From Candidatus Gottesmanbacteria bacterium (GTDB taxonomy: Bacteria > Patescibacteriota > Microgenomatia > 2-02-FULL-39-11), in contig JACPKY010000002.1 of the NCBI GenBank assembly GCA_016186795.1, positions 154,593 to 218,592 on the forward strand: a stretch of DNA of 64,000 nucleotides, in the 5' to 3' direction. This document shows positions 38,258 through 46,413 of the stretch, piece after piece. Position numbers and translations under genes: made by a program. The number at the start of each line of letters is the position of its first letter. Within the stretch, counting starts at the first letter, position 1. The notes beneath the pieces are model-generated. The model did no database searches and was not told where the DNA came from. It saw nothing but the letters and a program-made list of their open reading frames with translations.

Positions 38258-39807
38258 ATTTCAAATACGATATCGTTCCCACTATTTCTAATTGTTTCTA
38301 GGTGTTTTCCAAGTGGCGTTTCAATTTCTCTGGCAACGTAAAGAATTTTCTCATCTGAGGTATTTGTATATGAATTTCTGACGAAAAGGTATTTGTCAAA
38401 TGATTCATTTGGGTTTTTATATTTTTGTACTTGGTTTGGGTCGAAATTCCCGTAGAAAAAAAGATACATATACGCTTTTGAAAAATTTGCTGTAATGACA
38501 ACTTTGGAATAATCGTTTTCATGTGTACGTATATAGTCGGCAGTTTCCCTATATCCATCAGACCAATCCGGTCCGCTACGTTTCGGATAGTGAATGTAAT
38601 AGATGTGGAGATATTGGTAAAAAAAATACACAAACAGAAAAGTGCAAAATAACGAAAAGTGTAATGATCGGTAACGATTAAGAAAAACGACGAACCCACG
38701 AGAAATAAAATACAGAAGTGGAAGCACCATATTTAAACCTCGAAGCGCATGTGGATTTGGAGATGCCAGAGCTCCCGCAACCGGTGCTATAAGAAGCCAC
38801 GAGATGAAAAGCAAATCTTCCTCCCTTTTTTCTTTTATTCCTTTATAGATGCCATACAGAAGGAAAGGCATCTGCCAGAGGTAAAGCATTCCTATCTCCC
38901 GGACGCTATGTCGACCGTTATAATCTCCATGGAAAAATAAAAATTCCAGAGAAAAATACGAAAAATAGTTCTCTAACAATCGATTTCCCGCTTTGTAGAT
39001 ACTTTCATAGAAAGGAGTTGAGGATGTGATTTTCACATCGCGCATGAAAGATTCTGAACGAGCACGAATAAGCCCTCCCGGAGAAAATGCATACTGAAAA
39101 TATGGGAGTAAAGCAATAATATACATGATTCCTACAACAAGGGTCGCTTTTTTATATTTTTGCCAAAAGGACAAAAATTTCCTTTTATACATAACAAAAA
39201 GAAAAAGAAGAAAAAAGGGTATGAAAATTCTAGGAGAGTGATATGTATAGAGAGAAAGTATATAGAAAAAAAGACCCAAAAAGAGTACTCGAGAATTTTT
39301 GTTTAAACCATGTAGAATCAAAAATGTACCCGCGAGGATAAAAAATAGGCTCATATTTGATTCAAAAGCGGCTCGACTAAAATGTGTATGCCAAGCAGAC
39401 GTTGCGAGGAATAATCCACCGAGAAATGATAGGAGTTTATTTCTCGTGAGAAGAAGTAAGAGTGTAATAAATGTAATTATGGTAAGTGTTCCAAATAAAG
39501 CGGATGGAAATCGGACAGCAAATGCGTTTCTTCCAAACAAAAACTCTGATATGCTGGTGGCGTAAATATAGCTAGGAAGTTTAAAATCTTCATAGGAGCG
39601 GAATGAAAAAGGCAAAAAATTCCCAAATGTATCTCTCCCAGTTTTTAAGATAGAATAGGCCTCGTATCCGATAGATACTTCATCGCCGTAGAGACTTTTC
39701 GGATAATTCCCAAGCGCAAAGAAGCGAACAAGAAATGTGGTGAGAATAATTCCGAGAATTAGAGGAAAAGCGAGATCTTTATTTAATTGAATCTTTCGAT
39801 ATCTCAC
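38245..39807 (-). CDS. GT-C fold membrane glycosyltransferase (ArnT/PMT_2, GT39-like)
   Basis: DEVSIGYEAYSILKTGRD, VRFPSA, SRAAFE; GTG at 39807 lies 7 nt after TGtTATAAT. Confidence 0.85.
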   Translation of the reverse strand: MRYRKIQLNKDLAFPLILGIILTTFLVRFFALGNYPKSLYGDEVSIGYEAYSILKTGRDTFGNFLPFSFRSYEDFKLPSYIYATSISEFLFGRNAFAVRFPSALFGTLTIITFITLLLLLTRNKLLSFLGGLFLATSAWHTHFSRAAFESNMSLFFILAGTFLILHGLNKNSRVLFLGLFFYILSLYTYHSPRIFIPFFLLFLFVMYKRKFLSFWQKYKKATLVVGIMYIIALLPYFQYAFSPGGLIRARSESFMRDVKITSSTPFYESIYKAGNRLLENYFSYFSLEFLFFHGDYNGRHSVREIGMLYLWQMPFLLYGIYKGIKEKREEDLLFISWLLIAPVAGALASPNPHALRGLNMVLPLLYFISRGFVVFLNRYRSLHFSLFCTFLFVYFFYQYLHIYYIHYPKRSGPDWSDGYRETADYIRTHENDYSKVVITANFSKAYMYLFFYGNFDPNQVQKYKNPNESFDKYLFVRNSYTNTSDEKILYVAREIETPLGKHLETIRNSGNDIVFEIWEI

Positions 39808-39829
39808 AAATGAGATTATAACAGGAAAG

Positions 39830-39913
39830 TGCCGGGAAGAGGACTTGAACCTCCACACCATTTCTGGCACACGCACCTCAAGCGTGCCTGTCTACCAATT
39901 CCAGCATCCCGGC
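39830..39913 (-). tRNA. tRNA-Leu(GAG)
   Basis: Long variable arm; anticodon loop TTGAGGT. Confidence 0.95.
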
Positions 39914-40000
39914 GAGTTTCTGTATTATACCCAATGATTCAGTTATTTTAAACTATTCTGTCTTGAAACAAAAAGCATTTTGAATTACTATAGGGAAGAG

Positions 40001-40073
40001 GGACGCTTAGCTCAGTTGGTAGAGCGTCGCGTTTACATCGCGTAGGTCGGGGGTTCGAGTCCCTCAGCGTCCA
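40001..40073 (+). tRNA. tRNA-Val(TAC)
   Basis: Cloverleaf; anticodon loop TTTACAT. Confidence 0.94.
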
Positions 40074-40097
40074 CTTCGACAAGCTCACTGTATACGC

Positions 40098-40117
40098 GCC
40101 GAGGTAACCAAGGTGGT
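40098..40117 (+). repeat. Duplicate of the first 20 nt of tRNA-Phe
   Basis: GCCGAGGTAACCAAGGTGGT identical to 40198-40217. Confidence 0.9.
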
Positions 40118-40118
40118 T

Positions 40119-40197
40119 CCTTCGGCAGGCTCAGGATAAAACAGATTTCGATACTTAGTTTTGATTTTTACGGCTTGCCCTGAGCGCAAGTCGAAGG
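40119..40197. repeat. REP-like inverted palindrome pair
   Basis: CCTTCGGCAGGCTCAGG ... CCTGAGCGCAAGTCGAAGG; related half copy CTTCGACAAGCTCA at 40074-40087. Confidence 0.7.
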
Positions 40198-40270
40198 GCC
40201 GAGGTAACCAAGGTGGTCACGGTGCCTGTCTGAAAAACAGGTTATGTCAGTTCGACTCTGACCCTCGGCA
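40198..40270 (+). tRNA. tRNA-Phe(GAA)
   Basis: GCCGAGG/CCTCGGC acceptor; anticodon arm CCTGT-CTGAAAA-ACAGG. Confidence 0.93.
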
Positions 40271-40283
40271 CACAAAAGTCACG

Positions 40284-40339
40284 GGTTACGGTGTCCCGAT
40301 TGAATCGGGATTGAGTCAGTTCGACTCTGACCCTCGGCA
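40284..40339 (+). pseudogene. 3' two-thirds copy of tRNA-Phe with the anticodon arm replaced by a palindrome
   Basis: GGTTACGGTG-TCCCGATTGAATCGGGA-TTGA-GTCAGTTCGACTCTGACCCTCGGCA. Confidence 0.8.
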
Positions 40340-40347
40340 CAAAAATA

Positions 40348-40971
40348 CTACCGGTTCAATAAGAATTTTGAGTAAACGTACGAGCCAATTTGTAAAACTG
40401 CAATTACTCCTATTGCTACACTCCAGATGCTCCATCTTTGTAACGCGGTATGGAGGAAAATAATCCCGATGACAGGATAGATAAGTTTATGCAACCGATA
40501 CCACCAAATACCAAGAGTCCGTACACTTAGATCATTTGAAGTAATAAAAAGAAAAAAGAGGGTTACCACTGCAAGTAAACCCATCAGTTCGAAAAGAACA
40601 AGTGGTACAAATAGATTTCCTGATGAGATTCTAGGAATAAGGGCGACGAAGGAAACATGACACAGAACAAATAAGTACATAGAAATTCCTAAATGTCGGC
40701 GGAAAAATAGAATAATTGCAAGAAGCTTATGACGGATCCCGTAGCGCTTCAACATTCCAGGTAAAAGGAGAATGATAAAAAAGACAAGAGCTGTTCTCCC
40801 ACTTCCTACGCCCAAATTATACCATGGGCGCATATCGGAAGGGTTGGCAAAGGAGATATATGCGCCAACCCCACAGATGACTATAAGGAATATCCAAAAG
40901 ATGTAGAAGATTCGAATGACCAGTATTTTATTTCGCGCTGACCAAAGAAAGGCCGTATCGACAAAAGTCAT
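40348..40971 (-). CDS. Ferric reductase-like transmembrane heme protein (MsrQ/YedZ-like)
   Basis: RRHLG...Y...H, L.ITS...SVR.LG.WW.RLHKLIY.......H. Confidence 0.85.
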   Translation of the reverse strand: MTFVDTAFLWSARNKILVIRIFYIFWIFLIVICGVGAYISFANPSDMRPWYNLGVGSGRTALVFFIILLLPGMLKRYGIRHKLLAIILFFRRHLGISMYLFVLCHVSFVALIPRISSGNLFVPLVLFELMGLLAVVTLFFLFITSNDLSVRTLGIWWYRLHKLIYPVIGIIFLHTALQRWSIWSVAIGVIAVLQIGSYVYSKFLLNR

Positions 40972-41009
40972 AGACTTTCAATACTGGTTCGTCGAAGGAG
41001 AGGTACGAC

Positions 41010-41510
41010 TTACTCTACGATAAACTTACCGACCATTCCGTTGGCTCGGTGTTGACCAACACTGCAATAATACTCGTACGTTCCAGCTTTATTTGCTACA
41101 AACTGAGTTGTTTGACTCTGACCTGCAGAGAGAACTTTCGTACTACCATCGAATTCATCCAAATTCCAATCGTGTGTACCATCTTTAACTACGAATGTTA
41201 CTCGCACTGTATCGCCCTTTTTTACTCGCATCTCTTTGATCGAATATGAGAAATTTGAACCTTCAACGGTAAACGTTTTTACATTCACAGATGGAGATAC
41301 AGTTTCCTCTTTCTCCATCACACCTGTAATTTGTCCGCCGACCGTTGCCTCTATCACTTTTTCTTCATTCGTACCCTCTGTTGGTACAGTTTGAGTTTCT
41401 TCCGTTGTCGTTGGGGCAACTGCCTCCTTTTTCCCCATATTAATAACGGCAAAAGCACCACCCACAACTAGGATGAGTCCGATTACAGCAAAAAGAACAT
41501 TTTTTTGCAT
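41010..41510 (-). CDS. Membrane-anchored cupredoxin (type 1 copper) protein
   Basis: N-terminal TM, low-complexity linker, H...YYCSVGQHRANGM copper ligands. Confidence 0.88.
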   Translation of the reverse strand: MQKNVLFAVIGLILVVGGAFAVINMGKKEAVAPTTTEETQTVPTEGTNEEKVIEATVGGQITGVMEKEETVSPSVNVKTFTVEGSNFSYSIKEMRVKKGDTVRVTFVVKDGTHDWNLDEFDGSTKVLSAGQSQTTQFVANKAGTYEYYCSVGQHRANGMVGKFIVE

Positions 41511-41613
41511 ACCGTCATCTCCTTTTCTTTTATGAAACTGAATATGCTTTTTTCTTTATATCACGGAAAAAGAAAAGCTGCAATACGTAATTGTGGCTTC
41601 ATGGGTGAATTGA

Positions 41614-41792
41614 TATAATAGCTTTATCGCAAAATTGCGAAGCAATTTTAAAGGAGGAATGACGAAGTGCTAAATCCCGATAAAATCGGGATGATAACGG
41701 AAGTCAATTCCGACGTGCGGGCGTAGTTCAGCGGTAGAATGTCTCCTTGCCAAGGAGAAGGTCACCGGTTCAAATCCGGCCGCCCGCTCCAA
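41614..41792 (+). repeat. Copy 2 of the approximately 178 bp direct repeat
   Basis: Near-identical to 34593-34770. Confidence 0.92.
41717..41791 (+). tRNA. tRNA-Gly(GCC)
   Basis: Anticodon arm TCTCC-TTGCCAA-GGAGA, U73 and CCA. Confidence 0.95.
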
Positions 41793-41802
41793 ATAAATAA
41801 TC

Positions 41803-41884
41803 GGGCTGGTGGCGGAACTGGTAGACGCGTACGCTTCAGGAGCGTATGACGAAAGTCTTGGAGGTTCGATTCCTCTCCAGCCCA
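41803..41884 (+). tRNA. tRNA-Leu(CAG)
   Basis: Long variable arm; anticodon loop TTCAGGA. Confidence 0.95.
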
Positions 41885-41908
41885 CCTCGTCCGTTACTTA
41901 AGTCATAT

Positions 41909-41979
41909 TGCGGGATCGTCTAATGGTAGGACACGAGACTTTGGATCTCGGTATCATGGTTCGAATCCATGTCCCGCAG
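41909..41979 (+). tRNA. tRNA-Gln(TTG)
   Basis: U1-A72 acceptor; anticodon loop CTTTGGA. Confidence 0.94.
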
Positions 41980-41993
41980 CTCGACGTTCTATT

Positions 41994-42076
41994 GCCGCAG
42001 TGTTGGAATGGTAGACAAGCTGGACTTAAAATCCAGTGGTAGCGATACCGTGAGAGTCCGAATCTCTCCTGCGGCA
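41994..42076 (+). tRNA. tRNA-Leu(TAA)
   Basis: Long variable arm; anticodon loop CTTAAAA. Confidence 0.93.
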
Positions 42077-42082
42077 CTTTGA

Positions 42083-43417
42083 CTAATTTTCGCGCACTAT
42101 CGTATAGATTTTCGGGTGATAGAGGAAAATAACAGGGTTATCATCAACCAGGTACCGTTGAAAATCCGCATAAATTTTCGTACGCTTCTCCTGATCGAGT
42201 GTTTTTCTTCCGTCCTCAAGAAGTTTATCAATTTTAAGATTACTATATTTCGCAATATTCGTTGCCTCTTGGGTCGTTTGCCAATAGTGGTATTGGTCCG
42301 GATCGGGAGGGATAGGAATGGTTAGTACCATCATATCAAATTCTTGGGGAAGTGCATTTTCTACCCGTACTTTTACATCAAGGCCGAGCTTGTTCCAGCT
42401 GTCAGCAATAAATTGAGCAGTTGTGAGAAGCGGCGCAAAAACCGAAAGAGTCATAATTGCAGAATCAGATGCAAGCGGGCTTTTGGACAGAATTTTCTGT
42501 GCAACATCTGGATCGTAGTTATAAAGTCGAATATTGGAAGAATAGGCCCATGAAACTGGAGAAATCGGTGAATAAACTTTTTCGAAATCATCGATCTTTG
42601 GAATTGCGTATGTTAACGCTTGTCGAACTTCTTTCTCCTTAAAGAGTGGATTTTTTAGATTAAAAAAAACACCAACAAAACGGTCATATTGAGTCGTTGC
42701 GGTAACCTTCGTATTTTTCCAATTTGTCAATGGACCAACTTCAGATAGGCTTTCGAGGATATCGACTTCTCCGAGTTTATATGCAAGGAATGCTTCTTCC
42801 TGTGATGGGTAAAACCGATAGACCGTCACCTTGCCGGTTTTTTGATTTACTAACGTGAGTTTTGTAAGAAAGTCATCGGTATAATCTGCTCGTGAGACTT
42901 TTTGAATGCCCATTCCGATGAGATTCGGTTTAAGGATTGGCTGCGATAAGACAACCGGAAGAGGAGCATAGGGTTCTTTAAGCGTAACTTTCAGAGTCGT
43001 TTCATTTTCTGGTGTAATAATAACTTCCCGAAGCTTATACGTTACGTCTTTTGCCGTAAACCTCGACCCATCGTGAAAATGAATATCAGGTAACAGTTGG
43101 AATGTGTACGTAGTACCCTTTTCATCAACCTGCCAGGAAGGAGAAAGTGATGAAGTTGCTTCACCATTTGGGAGAAGCGTTGTTAGCCCAAGACTAATCT
43201 GATTCCGAAGAGAAAGCGGAAGTGTATTTTCGGTAAATCGACCTACCATTCCCACCTTCGTTGTTATTTGACCGAACGTATCTCTATAAATCGGGTATAT
43301 TTGAAAAAGGAGAAGGGTTGCGAGAAATCCAATCAGAGCTCCCAACCCTATCTGTTTACTATGACGGGAAATAAATGTCTGAACAAAAAGGATGACGAAA
43401 CGTAGTTGTTTTGTCAC
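42083..43417 (-). CDS. ABC transporter substrate-binding protein, family 5
   Basis: YTFQL....FHDG..FTAKDV, VRQAL..AI, YSN.KIDKLLE.GR. Confidence 0.88.
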   Translation of the reverse strand: MTKQLRFVILFVQTFISRHSKQIGLGALIGFLATLLLFQIYPIYRDTFGQITTKVGMVGRFTENTLPLSLRNQISLGLTTLLPNGEATSSLSPSWQVDEKGTTYTFQLLPDIHFHDGSRFTAKDVTYKLREVIITPENETTLKVTLKEPYAPLPVVLSQPILKPNLIGMGIQKVSRADYTDDFLTKLTLVNQKTGKVTVYRFYPSQEEAFLAYKLGEVDILESLSEVGPLTNWKNTKVTATTQYDRFVGVFFNLKNPLFKEKEVRQALTYAIPKIDDFEKVYSPISPVSWAYSSNIRLYNYDPDVAQKILSKSPLASDSAIMTLSVFAPLLTTAQFIADSWNKLGLDVKVRVENALPQEFDMMVLTIPIPPDPDQYHYWQTTQEATNIAKYSNLKIDKLLEDGRKTLDQEKRTKIYADFQRYLVDDNPVIFLYHPKIYTIVREN

Positions 43418-43420
43418 GCT

Positions 43421-43639
43421 TTACGAAAAAAGAAGTGATGAAATTGACGTTATGAGAAATAATACAACAAGGACAATCGTCGCATAAAAAACTATCTTTT
43501 CAACCCCACGTCTGCTTTTGTAAAATTCTCCTCCCCCACCCCAAGCACGTCCCAGTCCCACCCCTTTTGCTTGGAGAAGAATAAGCACGATGAGAAGTGA
43601 CGAAACGAAAATCTGTAAAATAAAGAGGAAATTTACCAT
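43421..43639 (-). CDS. secG: Preprotein translocase subunit SecG
   Basis: ILLQAKGVGLG..WGG....RRGVEK, two TM helices. Confidence 0.93.
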   Translation of the reverse strand: MVNFLFILQIFVSSLLIVLILLQAKGVGLGRAWGGGGEFYKSRRGVEKIVFYATIVLVVLFLITSISSLLFS

Positions 43640-43645
43640 GCCCTA

Positions 43646-44650
43646 TTATACCAGATTGAGGATTTTCATACATGCTTTAGCAATTTTTTCGGGGCTGTGA
43701 CGGATAAAACTCCGATGGAGCGTATCTCCCTTTTGTCGAGGCACAATTTTACGAGAAAGTAGATCGGAAGCCATGACAGTAAATGAAGAAGAGGAGTGAA
43801 CGTCATTAAGAACCGGAACGGCGTTATATTTCTTATACCGGGTCAATGCAGCCTGTGGGATTGGTGCGTTATTGATGAAAACGAAGTCAAGTGTTTTTAT
43901 CGGCAAATAGGTATCCAACTCGGAAAGAAATTTTGAGGCGGTAAATCCATACGTTTGTCCATACTCAGTCATCAGATTTAAGATAAATATTTTTTTCGCT
44001 CTACTTTTGATAATTGCATCAGACACACCGGAAACGACAAGGTTTGCAATAAGAGTTGTATAAAACCCTCCAGGGCCAAGGATAATAAGATTAGCCGAAG
44101 ATAAAGCCTCCTTTACTTCAGGATTTATTTGGGCTAACGGATGGGTTGAAAGGTAGGTAATTGGAATTTTTCCATTATGTTTTGGCTCATCGATTGCATG
44201 TTCCCCAATAACTTTTGAGCCATCAGCATAGGTTGCGACGAGGTCGATTTTATCGAGAGAAACAGGTAGAACTTTTCCATGTGTTCGTAAGATCTCTCCT
44301 GCTTTTTCAATCGCAAGTTGTTGAGAACCAAGAATCTTTGTAAGAGCAACAAGGAAAAGATTCCCAAAGGTCATTCCTCGTACACCAACTCCTTGGCTAT
44401 AACGATACTGAAAAAGTTTACGCAGAAGGAGTGCATTTTGTGTCGAAACATCAGCCAAAGCAAGAAGCGATTTTCGGACATCGCTACTTGGAAGTAGTCC
44501 CCATTCATCTCGCTCTTTTTTTGCACTTCCGCCAGAGTCAGCCATTGTAACCACCGCAGTAATATCCGAAACATATTTCTTCAGTCCCGTAAGCACACTA
44601 TACGTCCCGGTTCCTCCTCCAATTACAACGACATTCTTTTCAAATCTCAT
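43646..44650 (-). CDS. YvcK/GlmR family (UPF0052) protein
   Basis: VVIGGGTG, VTMADSGGS, GNLFL, ILGPG; ATG at 44650. Confidence 0.92.
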   Translation of the reverse strand: MRFEKNVVVIGGGTGTYSVLTGLKKYVSDITAVVTMADSGGSAKKERDEWGLLPSSDVRKSLLALADVSTQNALLLRKLFQYRYSQGVGVRGMTFGNLFLVALTKILGSQQLAIEKAGEILRTHGKVLPVSLDKIDLVATYADGSKVIGEHAIDEPKHNGKIPITYLSTHPLAQINPEVKEALSSANLIILGPGGFYTTLIANLVVSGVSDAIIKSRAKKIFILNLMTEYGQTYGFTASKFLSELDTYLPIKTLDFVFINNAPIPQAALTRYKKYNAVPVLNDVHSSSSFTVMASDLLSRKIVPRQKGDTLHRSFIRHSPEKIAKACMKILNLV

Positions 44651-44654
44651 ATCG

Positions 44655-45056
44655 TCAGTCAAGCATCCATCCAAATAACCGCATCAATAGTGTGAGAAGT
44701 ATACCAGAAATGATCACAACTTCCCACGAAGGTAACCTTGCTGAAGTTATGGTGATTGGACCAAGAGTAAACGGTTCAACTACCCAAGAAGAAATCGAAA
44801 CAGAGGGAGTAACGAGGGACCAGAGAAATGTGATGGCGATGATAAGGAGCCATGCACTAAGATTAAGAGTCAAAATATTAAGTGGGAGAAGAATGATATT
44901 TGCAATAGGTTTTACAATGATAAGAAGTATCCCTAACACTCCCGATGCGATAAGAAAGTTTTTCAACGAACCAGAGACAGTAACAGCAGGAATGATTTGA
45001 ACGAGGCAAAAGAGAGAAACAGTTACAATGAAATATTTTTTAAAAAGGTAGCGCAT
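44655..45056 (-). CDS. 4-TM membrane protein, YvlD/phage-holin-4 family
   Basis: VKPI..IILLPLNILTL.L motif. Confidence 0.8.
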   Translation of the reverse strand: MRYLFKKYFIVTVSLFCLVQIIPAVTVSGSLKNFLIASGVLGILLIIVKPIANIILLPLNILTLNLSAWLLIIAITFLWSLVTPSVSISSWVVEPFTLGPITITSARLPSWEVVIISGILLTLLMRLFGWMLD

Positions 45057-45087
45057 AGAGGAATGTTGTACATTATATCATCCGGAT

Positions 45088-46401
45088 TTAGTTCTTTGGA
45101 AGAAGATAGCGAAGGCGTAGATGTTGATGGTACGCGTGAGAGAAGCGATGTGCTTCATCACGGATACGCTGTAAAAGATGGAGTGCCGAAGCAGATTTCC
45201 TCAGGCGAATTTTTTGGAAATGTACTTTGTCGGGAATGACAATTTCTTCCTCTGCTTTCGCAAGTCCGATGAATGGTATGGAAATATTGGACTTAGCAAA
45301 TATTTTCCTTATAGCTATAAGCTGTGGTTTCCCACCATCGATGACAATAAGATGAGGAAGCGGCCAACCAAAATGGTGTAGTCTTCGCTGTAAAACTTCT
45401 GATAGCATTGCAAAATCGTTTGGAGTACTTTGCAAGCGAATCCGAAATTTTCTGTAATATTCTTTCACAGGAAGTCCATCGACAAAAGTAGTCATCGCAC
45501 CCGCTGCAAATTTCCCAGAAACATTACTGACGTCATAGCACTCAATGCGGCGAATTTTCCCAATTGCAGGATAAAATGGAGAAAGTATTTTGGCTAACTC
45601 ATCTTGCTCTTTTTTCGATTCTTCAAGGAAAAGGAACGGCTCATTTATATACTCCTGTGGTGTATGGAACGATGTTAGTAAATAGTCAATTTTTTCGATT
45701 TTATTGCGGAATTCACCAGCCTTTTCATACTGTTGCTCTATTGAACACCTTTCCATTTCACGTTGGAGAGCACTTTGAACTGATTTTGCCTGTCCAGAGA
45801 GTAATTTTTTAATAAAAAGTATGTTTTTCCTGTACGTCCGTTTTGCAAGAAGGTATTTCCCACTCTGATATGTTCGAATAGTCGCAGGGCATGGATTGCA
45901 AAGTCCGATATGTGTGTAGAAACAAGCCTTTTTCACTGTCGGATTCTGCGTACAATATGGAAAAATTGTGCGTAGATACGAAAGAATTTCTCGCACAATT
46001 GAGGACGAAGGGAATGGGCCGAAAAATGTATTATGTGATTTTTCGGCTTTCCGCGCAAAAAATATTCTCGGAAATTCTTCATCGGTGATCTGAATGTAAA
46101 TGTAGTGCTTATCATCTTTCCAAATAACATTATATTTCGGTTGATATTGGTTAATGAGTTCTGCCTCGAGAAGTAATGCCTCAAACTCCGAATTTACCGG
46201 TATAATTCTTACGGTAACTATTTGTTGCACAAGAAGTGACACGCGTACATCTGCATGTTTCTTTTGGAAATATGATGAAACACGTTTTTTTACATTCTTT
46301 GCCTTTCCGATGTACAGAATCATCCCTTTTGCATCATGAAACTCATACACGCCACTTATCTGGGGAAGCGTTCGTAGATCGCGAATAGATATTGCCAGCA
46401 T
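45088..46401 (-). CDS. uvrC: Excinuclease ABC subunit C (short form)
   Basis: GIY-YIG GVY...YIGKAK, RIECYDVS, IDGGKPQL, RDEAHRF. Confidence 0.95.
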   Translation of the reverse strand: MLAISIRDLRTLPQISGVYEFHDAKGMILYIGKAKNVKKRVSSYFQKKHADVRVSLLVQQIVTVRIIPVNSEFEALLLEAELINQYQPKYNVIWKDDKHYIYIQITDEEFPRIFFARKAEKSHNTFFGPFPSSSIVREILSYLRTIFPYCTQNPTVKKACFYTHIGLCNPCPATIRTYQSGKYLLAKRTYRKNILFIKKLLSGQAKSVQSALQREMERCSIEQQYEKAGEFRNKIEKIDYLLTSFHTPQEYINEPFLFLEESKKEQDELAKILSPFYPAIGKIRRIECYDVSNVSGKFAAGAMTTFVDGLPVKEYYRKFRIRLQSTPNDFAMLSEVLQRRLHHFGWPLPHLIVIDGGKPQLIAIRKIFAKSNISIPFIGLAKAEEEIVIPDKVHFQKIRLRKSASALHLLQRIRDEAHRFSHAYHQHLRLRYLLPKN

Positions 46402-46413
46402 AGAATACTTGGG

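Noticed and set aside
44655..45056. Holin-family gene as a sign of prophage
   Set aside because: The YvlD-like family is a common chromosomal neighbour of uvr/yvcK genes, and no phage genes are nearby
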